DNA from: Octopus bimaculoides
Lineage: Eukaryota
Assembly: GCF_001194135.2 (NCBI RefSeq)
Contig: NC_068982.1
Coordinates: forward strand, 109,218,559-109,269,331
DNA: 50,773 nucleotides
Reading direction: 5' to 3'
Below the pieces are notes generated by a model. That model had not been told where the DNA came from. It worked only from the letters and a program-made list of their open reading frames with translations, and did not search any database. How positions within the stretch are numbered: position 1 is the first letter of the stretch; every line of letters begins with the position of its first letter. The position numbers and the translations under genes are program-made. Positions 1 to 11,180 of this stretch are shown in pieces.

Positions 1-336
1 CGTCGGAGGATAAGTTTACGAACTACTTACAATTTTTGTGAGACGCTGCGTTCAATCATGTAAAAACAAAAGTAAATGAGTATATGCATATATACGTACA
101 GGTATGTGCATACCGACATCCACCTGTATGTATAGGTGCATATCTGGGTACAGGACATTGCACACAAACGTAGACGAGAACACACGAGCCACATAGAGAT
201 ATATATATATATATATATATATGTATACATACATAAATAAACACGTACATATATATATATATATACACACACACACATAGTAAGGTAGGGGAGTTAAAAC
301 ATTAAAGATTGAAATTAAAATGGAGACAAAGGAAAG

Positions 337-612
337 TTAAGTAGGGTCGTTGGGGATTACCTGAGGGGTGTTGTGGACATATGCTGTGTGGTTATTTAGA
401 TTGTATTTAGATATGTGGTAAAATCTGAAGGTATGAAAAAAGCGGTGGTTGCATGTACTTAGGGCCTCATTATACTTATTTAGTAGTGTCGAGGAGTTGT
501 GTTTTAATATGTAGAATACCTCTTCTAGACATAACTTACAGGCTAAGCGATGTCCTTGGTATGGAAGCCCTGAATCTATTATGGACCATGACAAAATGTA
601 GGGAATATTTCT
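337..612 (-). mobile_element. Penelope-like element, GIY-YIG endonuclease C-terminal fragment
   Basis: Minus frame reads NIPYILSWSIIDSGLPYQGHRLACKLCLEEVFYILKHNSSTLLNKYNEALSTCNH, matching the recalled PLE C-terminal pattern W.I..(C)xLCLxEK..I....LLNKR.E..S.C.H. Confidence 0.7.
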
Positions 613-614
613 AG

Positions 615-770
615 GAAGATGTCCAAGTACTGTTAGATCATGTGAACTCAATAAAGTCATCCATACAGTTCACAATGGAAAAGGAAAAAGACAATCAGCT
701 AGCATTCCTGGACATATTAATAACATGCACCAAGTATGGATCCAGGACATCCGTATACCACAAGCCAACC
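615..770 (+). mobile_element. Penelope-like element, reverse transcriptase fragment
   Basis: Plus frame EDVQVLLDHVNSIKSSIQFTMEKEKDNQLAFLDILITCTKYGSRTSVYHKPT, the typical PLE RT motif IQFTME.E....L.FLD.....T.VY.KPT. Confidence 0.8.
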
Positions 771-780
771 TGAGTGCTTT

Positions 781-1862
781 TCATCTAGGTCTTCTCTGAG
801 GTAAGAGAGCCCAGCTGTATGGGGCTGTATAGGAGATCATCATAAAGAGAATGCTTCTTGAGCAGCTCACTGCCAATCGTACAATGTTGCTCACTTCGCT
901 TTTCAGCACTGCATTTATATATTTATTTTTGCTGCTGTTGTTTAGGAGGTGGTGCCTGAGTGATACCATGCGGCATTCGAAGGCCGTCTGTACTGATCTC
1001 AGGCCTCTACCACCTTCATTTCTTCTTAGGTAGAGCCTATCAACATCACTGTTTCTGTGGAAGTTGTCAGTTGTTGTCAGGGTTTTGCGGGTTTTGATAT
1101 TTATGGAGTGGATTTCCTCTACTGACCAATCAAGTATCCCAAATGTTGGGATCAGCACTGGTACTGCAAATGTGGGATTTTGTTTTGTTGTAAGAGGAGA
1201 GTTTCAACTGCTATATTTTCCTAAGTCTTGTGTAATATTCTCGGGTCACTCTGTCTTTATTCATAGTGCCTTCATATGATACGTTTTCGACTATACCTAG
1301 GTACTTGTAACATTCTCTGTGTGGAATGGAGGAGATAGAGAGACCGTTGATGCACAAGTGTTGGGTTTGGGGGAATGACTTTTTTCTATAACCAAATATG
1401 AACATTTCTTTTGGACAAATTCCATGCCTATATCAGCTGTATATGTTGTTATTAATTCCAGTTGTTTTTTGGCATTGTTAACACTTTTAGCATAAATCTT
1501 CAGGTCGTCTATAAAGAAATTATGAGCTAGGGAGAATTTACGAAAAAAAAAACAACAGACGAAGACAGGTGGTGTAAACAACAAATGGATGTATTAGTAT
1601 AACGCTCGGGAATAGAGAAAGTCTTTAACGTTTCGAGCCTACGCTCTTCAACTGAAAGGAACACAAAAAGAAACAAGGAGAGAAACAAGGAGAGAAAAAA
1701 ATATAAATGTTGTGGTCAGCGATCTATCATACATTGATATTTCTAGGAGTTGAAGATCCTAGCATGTAACCATTTGTTTTCTGCAGTCAGAACGATAATG
1801 AATTCAGTGCCAACATGAAAAGAAGTACAAAAAGACTATCTTCCTGGAATATTCCCTTTGAA
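781..1862 (-). mobile_element. R4/Dong-clade non-LTR retrotransposon RT fragment, interrupted by a Penelope-like terminus
   Basis: Minus-strand pieces in the correct order: KGIFQEDSLFVLLFMLALNSLSF (1740-1862), HNFFIDDLKIYA, DIGMEF..KKC, CYKYLGI, FGILDW...KTRK.LT..NFHRNSDVDRLYLRRNEGGRGL; contains frameshifts and stops. Confidence 0.85.
1533..1735 (-). mobile_element. Penelope-like element terminal fragment carrying a hammerhead-like motif
   Basis: Closely similar to 42780-42940, which lies downstream of a GIY-YIG coding fragment; inserted within the R4-like RT. Confidence 0.7.
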
Positions 1863-2124
1863 ATGTTATCAGAAACATGTATGTATGTATGTATGTATGT
1901 ATGTGTGTGTGTGCGTACAGAGATATGTCAACCCTAATTGTCTTTATCCGCATTACTACATCCATATCAGCTCGTTTTGGATTTCTCTTATAGCTACTCT
2001 TGTTACTGTAGGCCTCGTCCTGGATGAAGAATTGGCTTTTTTATTTCAAATTCATTTGAGCACTACAACGTGTTTTCTATACTGAGCATTTCTAGCTCTC
2101 ACCCGATATCTGTATAAATATGTA

Positions 2125-2340
2125 TATATCTATGGGTTTGTCTTTGCGTTTGTATTATGTTTGTCCCTCACCACTGTTTAAAAACCAGTGTTGGTTTGTT
2201 TACATCTCTCAAACGAGATAGACTGAATATGTACCAGGCTCAAAAACTAAGTATTAGGGTCGATTTGTTTGACTAAACTTTTCAAGGCGGTACCTCAACA
2301 TGGTCAAGCTCAATGGTTGAAACAAATAAAAGATAACAGT
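2125..2340 (+). mobile_element. degenerate SINE 3' portion
   Basis: Similar to the 3' half of the SINE at 21844-22270 (tgttggtttgtttac...gggtcgatttgtttgact...tgaaacaaataaaaga). Confidence 0.6.
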
Positions 2341-3178
2341 TAAAAAGTTATGTATATTAAAGTATTGTTTCTCATATCAGCATTGTACATTAACCACCAA
2401 GTTTACAATTTCTAATGTATACTATACTATTTTAGATAGCTTCATATTTATTATTGAGTTTATATATTGATATTTGTATTTGACTCATTTGCACTTATTT
2501 GAATCAATTTTATGTTCTATAGAAATTCTCTATTACTCGGTAGATATTTTCTTCAGAATCAAATCATTACACGATCTGTACAATACTTTTATTACTTAAT
2601 TGCTCGAGAAATCTGGGAATATAATGAGAGAGGGATAAAAAATTAGTGACGACGATCATGCCCTTTCTAAATGCATTGGTGATGTGAAATTAAATGACTC
2701 CATTTCTAGAACCAAACCGCAGGATAGATGTGCTGGAAACATATTTGTGCTCTATTTAATATTATGTCTAAGTTCCGATGAGGCTGACTAGTAGTTTCAA
2801 TTCTCTGGAGTCAGTAAAATGAACGTTAATAATACAACGTATTTAAATCGATAAGGTATGCTCTTAAATGAATTTTAAAATGTTATTTATGGTTTTAGTT
2901 CGGAAGAAATGATAGTGACCGTGGATTTTGTAGGCCCTCCGAAACTGGTGAACTTGATGTAGCTTGAAAAGTTGCTAGTCGACGTTTTCCAGAAAAATGT
3001 GAGTGGGTGGGGAATTTTAGCGGATTGAAGATTTAGAGAGAATGTTGAACTTAAACAACAAAACACCAGAAGAAATAAAAACTAATTCAGATTCCGTCCT
3101 AGATATGTAGAAAATTTCCAGAAATACCTAGACGGAGTATATGAAATTAATTAAAAAATTTATGCCAACTTTATTGAA

Positions 3179-3281
3179 TGTTATTTTCTTGTCAATTGCC
3201 TCTTATTTAAATAGAAAAGAAATATACAACAATATAATTTCTTTTCTGTTTAAATAAAAGGCAATTGACAAGAAAATAACA
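3179..3281. repeat. near-perfect inverted repeat (45-bp arms, 13-nt loop)
   Basis: 3179-3223 is the reverse complement of 3237-3281 at 43/45 positions. Confidence 0.9.
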
Positions 3282-3505
3282 ATCACATGATTGTAGACAT
3301 AACTATATGCAATGCATGTGAATAGTTTAAAACAGTTTACGTCAATTCTGAAACAATTTATAAATTTGCTTCACTGACAATTTATAAATTTACTCCAATT
3401 TTCCACTTCTTTTCCTTTTACGTGCAAAATTCGCGTTTCAATATGTAATTATTCATGTGACTACAATTAAAAAACTTCAAACAAAAGTTACACATACACG
3501 CACGT

Positions 3506-3543
<38 letters not shown>

Positions 3544-4042
3544 ATTAAACCGGTATGTGTATGTATGTGCGCGCGCGTGTGCGTATTTATGTATTATCTC
3601 TGGAACAAAACGAAAAGTACTCAATATGTCCAGTATAGTAAATATATGATTAGATTATTATTAAAGTCGATAATTTTCCCATGGTTTCAAGTTTTTCACC
3701 AGAGAGTTCACTCCTCAAATGCTTTTACGTCAAAAATTGTAGAATTGTCATTAGTTTTCAGCAGTGCAAGTTGGCCTATTGTAAATTTTCAGCTGATTCT
3801 ATTGTTTACTACCTGTAGATTTATCAGCTGGTATTTCATTATTATAGTTTTCCAAGTAGAATTGGTATTCGTGACAACATTTTAACATTATCTGCGTCTT
3901 TTTATTTTAAAATATCGGTTTCTTTTTGTTACTATATGGTATTTATATGAAGTGCATTGCTGACGTTGCTTTGCGTAATTCAGGTAGTATGCGGTGCATT
4001 TTATGCACATACGTATATTAGTATATCACTATATACAAGTCA

Positions 4043-4044
<2 letters not shown>

Positions 4045-4129
<85 letters not shown>

Positions 4130-4203
4130 ACGTATGTATATATGTATGTATGTATTTATGTATGTATGTGTGTGTTTGTGTGGGTGTGTGTATGTATGTA
4201 TGT
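4045..4203. repeat. compound (TA)n/(TG)n/(TATG)n microsatellite
   Basis: Directly visible. Confidence 0.95.
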
Positions 4204-4204
4204 C

Positions 4205-4756
4205 TTCTGTTTTTTTAATTATTATAAATCTTCTATTGAAGAGGGAGCCGGTTTCCAACAAAGATACAAGGCTCCATCTTTGGGATGTAAATTCACATTT
4301 GGAACTTGAGAAAAGTCTTGCATATTTTTACTGTTCCACTCACAGATTGCACTTGTAATGTACGAATTAGCCGGTCGATTTCTCTTTCTGAAAATCGCAG
4401 TTTATCCAGGTTCTCCTTTAAGCATTTACTTACGAAACCTAGTGCTCCAATTATTATTGGTATGAATAGGAATTCATAGTCCGGATATTGAAGCTGGAGG
4501 TTTCAAAGCAGTCGTCCATAGATATCCTCTTTTACTTTGATTTTTAAAGGAATATTTATATCTGCAGGGCAGCTGATCCCTAAGATGGTACATACCTTTG
4601 CTCCTCTGTCCCAAACAACAATATCCTGCCCGTTATGTTTACATTTGACAGAAGTTTTGATGAGAATATTCCACCAGTATTCCTCGAGTTTGTGTTTATG
4701 AATGTATTCCAAAAGAGAGGGATTTTCTAAGTTTTTTTCAGGACAGTCTTTTTTTG
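4205..4756 (-). mobile_element. R4/Dong-clade LINE 3' end (restriction-like endonuclease plus 3' UTR)
   Basis: EEYWWNILIKTSVKCKHNGQDIVVWDRGAKVCTILGISCPADINI..K..EDIYGRLL, then NLQLQYPDYEFLFIPIIIGALGFVSKCL...GTVKICKTFLKF; (CATA)n on both sides in sense orientation. Confidence 0.85.
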
Positions 4757-4932
4757 CGTATGTATGTATGTATGTATGTATGTATGTATGTATGTATGTA
4801 TGTATGTGTGTGTGTTTGTGTGTTTGTGTGTGTGTATGTATGTATGTATGTATGTATGTGTGTGTGTGTATGTGTGTGTATGTATGTATGTATGTATGTA
4901 TGTATGTATGTATGTATGCATGTATGTATGTA
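4757..4932. repeat. (TATG)n/(TG)n microsatellite
   Basis: Directly visible. Confidence 0.95.
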
Positions 4933-6339
4933 TCACACATTTTCATTAAAGTCATCTACTGAACTGGCGAATCCTTTAAATTCTTATAATGCAAGTATAT
5001 AATATATAAATTTGAAAATTCAGATTTCATCATTTCATTTACCCACAATTTCGATGTTTTCTCTATTTCTGAGTTGCCATCATCTGGTTAAACTAAATTG
5101 TAAACAAAACTTAAACTGCACCAAGTTACCCAGTTTTCATAGCATTAAATCTCAAGTGAGTATCTTGGTAACAAACCGTGTCTTTCTTTTCTAACTCACC
5201 ACTTAACATGCTACAATTTGAACAGAATTTTTGTTATCAGTAATGGAGAAATATATTATATGTGCACAAAAATACAAATAATAAGCAACATGTGTGTTCC
5301 TTAAGTTAAAGAATTCTCTATAGTTGAGAGGATGTAGTGGTGTTTTGTAGTGATAGTTATAGCTGGAAAAGATTGAAATGTTTTATCCATACTCTAAGAT
5401 ACGCTTTTATTTTATAATGTAGTCTGAAAAAGAAGTTGCAATTGACAATAGCCTTTTCAGACGTTTCCAGACTAGTAGGAGAAGATAAGAATAATTAACG
5501 TATAACCATATAGATAAATTTTCTTCACGATAGCACTAGTATATATATATACTAAATTATAGTTTAGTTTAAGTTGCAAATGTGTTACATTGTATGTTGA
5601 ATAAATCAGTAAAGTTAATTTGGAAGGAATAGAAAAGTTTGAACAACGAATTTTAAATCTATGTTATAGAATATCCTTAGTATTGTCAAAATTCAAAAAT
5701 TAAAACCACTAGTCGAAGTTTAGGAGACACTACAAACTAAATCGTTACCGTGAGAAAATTGAAATAGGAAACAATTTTTAAAATACTATTCAACCATAAA
5801 ATTTCCTTATTTTGTCTTGGCTAACTCTGCTCGAAATGGTAGAAAATATCTTTTCTCACTAGTAAACTTATTCAGTTTGACTAAGTTTATTGAATTTTTC
5901 CCAATGTGGTCCATTACTAGACAACTAGTGATGGATTATATTGTTTCTAGCTATCCCCTTGTTATAAACTTCAGTATTAAACTGTTGCGACATCTAACCT
6001 GTTCAGTAGTCGTCTCGTCGTCGTCGTAGTAGTAGTGGTCTGTTTAATTAGAATTATATTCTGATTCTACCAATGTCGAGTCAACACCTAGGATTATTAA
6101 AATAAATACAATCATGTGACGATGGAGATAACTATATATATTATCTGCAATGTTATTTTGTGTATTCTCCACAATGTATTTAGTAAGATAAATTTGACAT
6201 CTCTCTATTAATTCTTTTTTTTTTGGGGGGGGGGTCTTGCCAAAAGAGATAACTACAAGCTTTGTGATATTCTCTTATCAAATACTCTTCATTCATGTTG
6301 GGTCAGGCAGCAGAACTCCCGCGGAGACAGCCGTCTAGT

Positions 6340-6910
6340 TCGCATCCAAATCGACACTGCCGACATTAGCTAAATCTTCCCCAATACTATCCCTCTTAAT
6401 TCTACCAGGCTCACTACCACCTAAATGCACATTAAGTGTGAAAGCAGCTCCAGTCACTTCAAACTGGCAAGGTTGCCACCCTTACTATATCCCTTCCATT
6501 GTCTTCAAACGATGAGTCTCAGAAGTAGACTTATCGTTTGAGAACAACCCTACCAAACTTTAATTTCTATGTATATGGACGTCTGTCTATTTTGGAAACT
6601 TGCTATAGTATTTTCCATTCTCAAAGAGGGCAGACACATCGTTGTTGGCATAAAAATCTAGCTAAACTACCGGTAAATTGGCTCCATATGTCTTCTGCCT
6701 CATGGATCGGAAGTCTCTTGCCATATTACACTAGATATGCTGATAGAAGCCAGATTCCCTTTCTACGAACTCTGATATGCTTTGAGGCTCGGTTATATCC
6801 TCCACTCTCCTCCTTTTGTACATCAACGACATATTTCTTTGCAGATTATACCACTCTTCCTAACCACGCAATCATCATTCATATGCAGCCTAGATACGTC
6901 ATACAAAAAG
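6340..6910 (+). mobile_element. degenerate CR1/Jockey-like LINE RT remnant
   Basis: Frameshifted pieces IPSIVFKR, WKLAIVFSILKEG, KLP...SWIGSLL, GSVISSTLLLLYINDI...HSYA, resembling QGSVLSPTLFLLYINDL...HSYADD. Confidence 0.65.
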
Positions 6911-7915
6911 ACTTTTCATTCAATTCTTTCTTCCTAGGAAGTTAGTCCTTTTGAATTAACCATGTTTACTAGCAGTCGTCGACATGCAGTTATTCATCGA
7001 ATACATCTGCTTGCGAAGATCATGGAGACTGCATTTCTAAAAAAAAAGAACTCCTGATAAATATGGAAAATAAGGTTCCATGCTGAGAAACACAATAACA
7101 CAACTGTATCATTTTAACATTCATTGAAACGTTCGTTAACTTTGCTTCTATATCAACTGATTGGTGGGAATTCTTCTGCTAAGAAAGATGCCCATTTCGT
7201 TGTCGATGCCTTTATTTAATGAAGCTAACATAGAACTAACTGTCAAACAAGCCGTTACCACTGCCCATAATCAAAATCAGATCCAGATTCAAGAGCTGGG
7301 AGAATGACACAACTGCAGTTTATAAAATCTGGAAACAATATGTAACTGTTTATTGAACTGAAACAATATGGAATAAGAAATACGACGAAATACCAGCGAA
7401 CAGCCAATAAGAAATTCTCTACGAAGTTGCACGATCTGCTAGAAATAGCAGCGAAATCGCAAATCTCACTCTACTACCTTAGAAAAGAAGGACACATTTT
7501 ATAATTGCAAATCTCACTATACTGCCTTCGAAAAAAAGGACACATCGTGATTTTCCCAACATGAAAACTTTTGTTTATAGATCTGCTCGATCAAGGCTGA
7601 AGAGCTTAAACAACCACAAAATGCCATCAACTGATGTGAACTCGAAGTTAATAATTTACCCAATTTCTTATGTATAACAGTAAGCTACGTACTTAGAGCC
7701 AGCTGAACTAACTCAACTATAAAATCAGATAACAAAAATAAAAGCAACAACAACTGTGAAGTGACAAGCAAAGCAGTCTCTTGAGGCTTGAGAATCGTCT
7801 GCTTAAGTATCCACTTAAAGGACCATCATACTTGACCTTTAAGTCCTGGACAAAATGTGCACTAATTTATCGAAGACACAACTTTATACAAAATGTAAAT
7901 TGGAGCCACCCAAAG

Positions 7916-7916
<1 letters not shown>

Positions 7917-8010
<94 letters not shown>
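7917..8010. repeat. (TCTA)n/(TCTG)n microsatellite
   Basis: Directly visible. Confidence 0.95.
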
Positions 8011-8012
<2 letters not shown>

Positions 8013-9436
8013 TTACCCGTGTGTATGTGTGTATCTGTACGTGTGCGCTGTCATGTGTATGTGTGTATATGTTGGTGTGTGTGTGTGTGTATCTGTACGT
8101 GTGCGCTGACATGTGCACGTGTGTATATGTTGGTGTGTGTGTGTGTGTGTGTGTGTATGTTCTTGCATATGGTAACATTCCAGTTCAGTGCAATATTTAG
8201 ATGGTATCTTAAAAATTAAGAACTTATTCAAATATGTCAATGAAGTACTTTTAATATTAAATTTTAATTAGAATATTGAAACAACCTCTTCATTTGGGAG
8301 TATGGTATACATTTAAGTCAACGACACAGTAAGATCAATTTCCACCGATAAAGATCAGTTAAGTTACTACCTATTACCGATTTAGAGTATTATGCACTTT
8401 GCGAAGTATCGCTAGCTAAGTCTGCACTAAATTTGCCCTTTATGCTCGATCATTAAGTAAGAGAAATTTTACTTCAAGTTTTTCCCATACTATGTCAAAT
8501 GAAAATGTAGAATAAAAATATATTTGGCTGGTTTTCTCGCAAAAACAGAATAATTTCCCAGTGTAAAAAATCATGAAGGGACCTGTTTTATTTAGGTATA
8601 ATCAGGCATTAACCCACAAATATATTTATACAAGCATGCAAAAATATTGTGTTCACATGCACTATCACACATTTATATGACTGAGCAAATACAGAAATGA
8701 TGTAGACGTATATGTAACAAAAACGTATTGTTTTAATTTGTTAGATCTATGAAGAAAAGAAGTACTCATAGCCTTCAAAAATTCCTGTTAAGCTCGGGTA
8801 TTCAGTAATCGATTGGCCTGATTGAAGTAAGTTTCACTTAAAATACCAGAGTGTAAGATAATGTTTTTTGTGTGTATTTTTATATTTACTACGAAAAATT
8901 GAATAAGGTATGAAAATACATTTTGGTTTTGAAAATAAAGAATTGGTAAATATAGCAAAGGCAAAAGAAACAAAATGCGTGAAGGAAGCAAAATATGCAT
9001 ATTGTAGGACGATGTTAAATGCAGCAATATTACAGTTAGCATGAAGGTCGTTGCAGAGTAGGAGCTAAACCCCTGACTATCTTAAACCACGATTCTGTTC
9101 CACTTTCTTGTGGTAATGTAGGTGTATATTATGACAGTACTACAGAAAAACGGAGGAAAAAAATTAATATATTAAGCCGTTTAATTTATTGCTCCGTGCA
9201 TGCATGAGTGTGAGGACGAACAGTTAGCCTTATCATTTTCTAACATTTGTACTTTTTATTTTGTAAGAGCTATTTGCAACAATACAAATTAGGATAAATG
9301 GCTGACTCGATAAAATATTGGAAATCCTGCTTGAGAGTTAACGGCGTATATTCTCTCACCGTTACTTCGTTTGTACTTTTAGCAAAGATACTTAGCTTTG
9401 AGCAAACTAGAAGTATTTCCTCAAGTCAGTGTAGGT

Positions 9437-9668
9437 CAGTGGTTCTCAAACTCAAAAATACTAGCCCCATTCCAAAATATTAGTGAATTTTTTTGTTTGT
9501 TCCCGCATTTGTAAATAAGACAAAATAGAGTGTGTATCCATATAGTCCTTATTTTTTTATGGAGTTTAAAAAGTTTAAAACCATCTTATTTAACCTGATA
9601 ATTTGTCTGACCACCTTTTCTATCCTCACAGCCCTATTCAAGAGATTGCTCGCTTCCGAGAAACACTG
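9437..9668. mobile_element. hAT (Charlie-like) non-autonomous element / MITE
   Basis: Left end CAGTGGTTCTC, right end reverse complement CAGTGTTTCTC (10/11); flanks GTGTAGGT and GTGTAAAC match at the first 5 of 8 bases, consistent with a decayed 8-bp TSD. Confidence 0.55.
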
Positions 9669-10611
9669 GTGTAAACTGGCAAGAGTTTTACTACTTCTAC
9701 AGGTATGAGAAGTGTTAGGTATTACTAGTCTCCTTTAACATATTTAAATGTACTAGTACAGTAACTATAATTTCCGTCCATGAAAATTGGGTATGAAAAA
9801 CGTTTCAATTTTCAGTTTCATATCAGACTCCATTGCAGAGATAAAAGTCATTTAATTATTAATGATAATAATTCCTTCCAAGATCTAACATTACTCCTAC
9901 AATATTCAAATGCGAAAAACAATTTTGATATCATAGGCCAGCAAATGCGAACCTCAAAATCACTATATTATGGTATATGGGACATAACAAATGTGTTACA
10001 AGAGTTACTAAACTGATAAGGTATTATCAACGTCACTACAATTCCTTTATTTCTAGATAAACAGATCTCTCCTTAGTCATACCACTGGGATTGAATACGC
10101 TTCGCTGAGATCAAATAAGATCGAAACATGATCCGTTACTTTCATCAATTAACTTTAAAGACAAGATCTACTCCCATCTGCATTGCATTTTCGGTTGGCT
10201 GGTATTATAGGAGTTATCTCCCTTATTTGTTATTTTTAGATTATAACCCTCCCCTAGAGGAGTTCCCATGGTTAATCTCACTTATACAAATTTTTAAAGC
10301 TTCCTATATGACATACGTGAAACTGTAGCCTATGTGTATTTAGTGTGCAAAATGCTCCCTAGAGGTATTTTTCCATCAACGATGTTGCAGTACCCAGAAG
10401 TTGGTAAATTTAGTATTTAAAAAAAAAAAAAAAATTTCTCCACTGCACAATTTAAGTAAATGATATATATAATATATATATAAATCTAAGTTTACTTTAG
10501 CAGAACATACAACTGCACCCGCTACTGAAAGTGAATTATACAACATTTAAAACATTTACTATATCACTCCTTCTCATTATTATTTTGTGTATGTGTGTGC
10601 GCGTGTGTGTG

Positions 10612-10651
<40 letters not shown>

Positions 10652-10865
10652 TGCATGTGCGCACGCGCGAATTCTTGTTTGTGTCATACACACACACACA
10701 CGCACGCATACGCGCGCGCGTATACACATATACACATAAAATGAATGTGTTTTGTGTCTAACTGTACACAGAAACGATCAACATTAACAGAAAACCACTC
10801 AGTACTTATATAAAGTATGGAATGTATTTTTTACATTGAAAAAGAAGAGTGCATTTCAAAGATGT

Positions 10866-11180
10866 CTCAACTGAAATGGCATACGACATATGGCTCCTCT
10901 TAGAGTCCTCAAATATGTTTATGGCCTCCTACCTTCAAAAACAAACCTGGTGAAGTGGGGGAAATTAGGTAACCTTGTATGCCCATTCTACCAAGGTAAA
11001 CAAACAGTGAACCATATCCGAAGCTCACGCTAAGTGGTGCAAGCCCAAAGGAGGAACGCAGTCAAGTGCTTACAGAAATCCACGTGGGATTTGTAAACGT
11101 AAGAGAGAAGACATCGTCACCAGAAGCGCCTAATGTTCGACATGGCAGGAGGCAAAAGATTGTGGCCTGGAACTGCTATG
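10866..11180 (+). mobile_element. HERO/NeSL-like non-LTR retrotransposon fragment (zinc-knuckle region)
   Basis: Reads HMAPLRVLKYVYGLLPSKTNLVKWGKLGNLVCPFYQGKQTVNHIRSS, matching the recalled HERO-type pattern WHMAPLRISF...VYDLLPS..NLV.WG....CPLC.G.QT.EH.LSSC. Confidence 0.7.

Noticed and set aside
7459-7546. ~40-bp imperfect direct duplication (GCAAATCTCACT...AAGGACACAT)
   Set aside because: Only two units, inside what looks like an old interspersed repeat; a local duplication with no further signal
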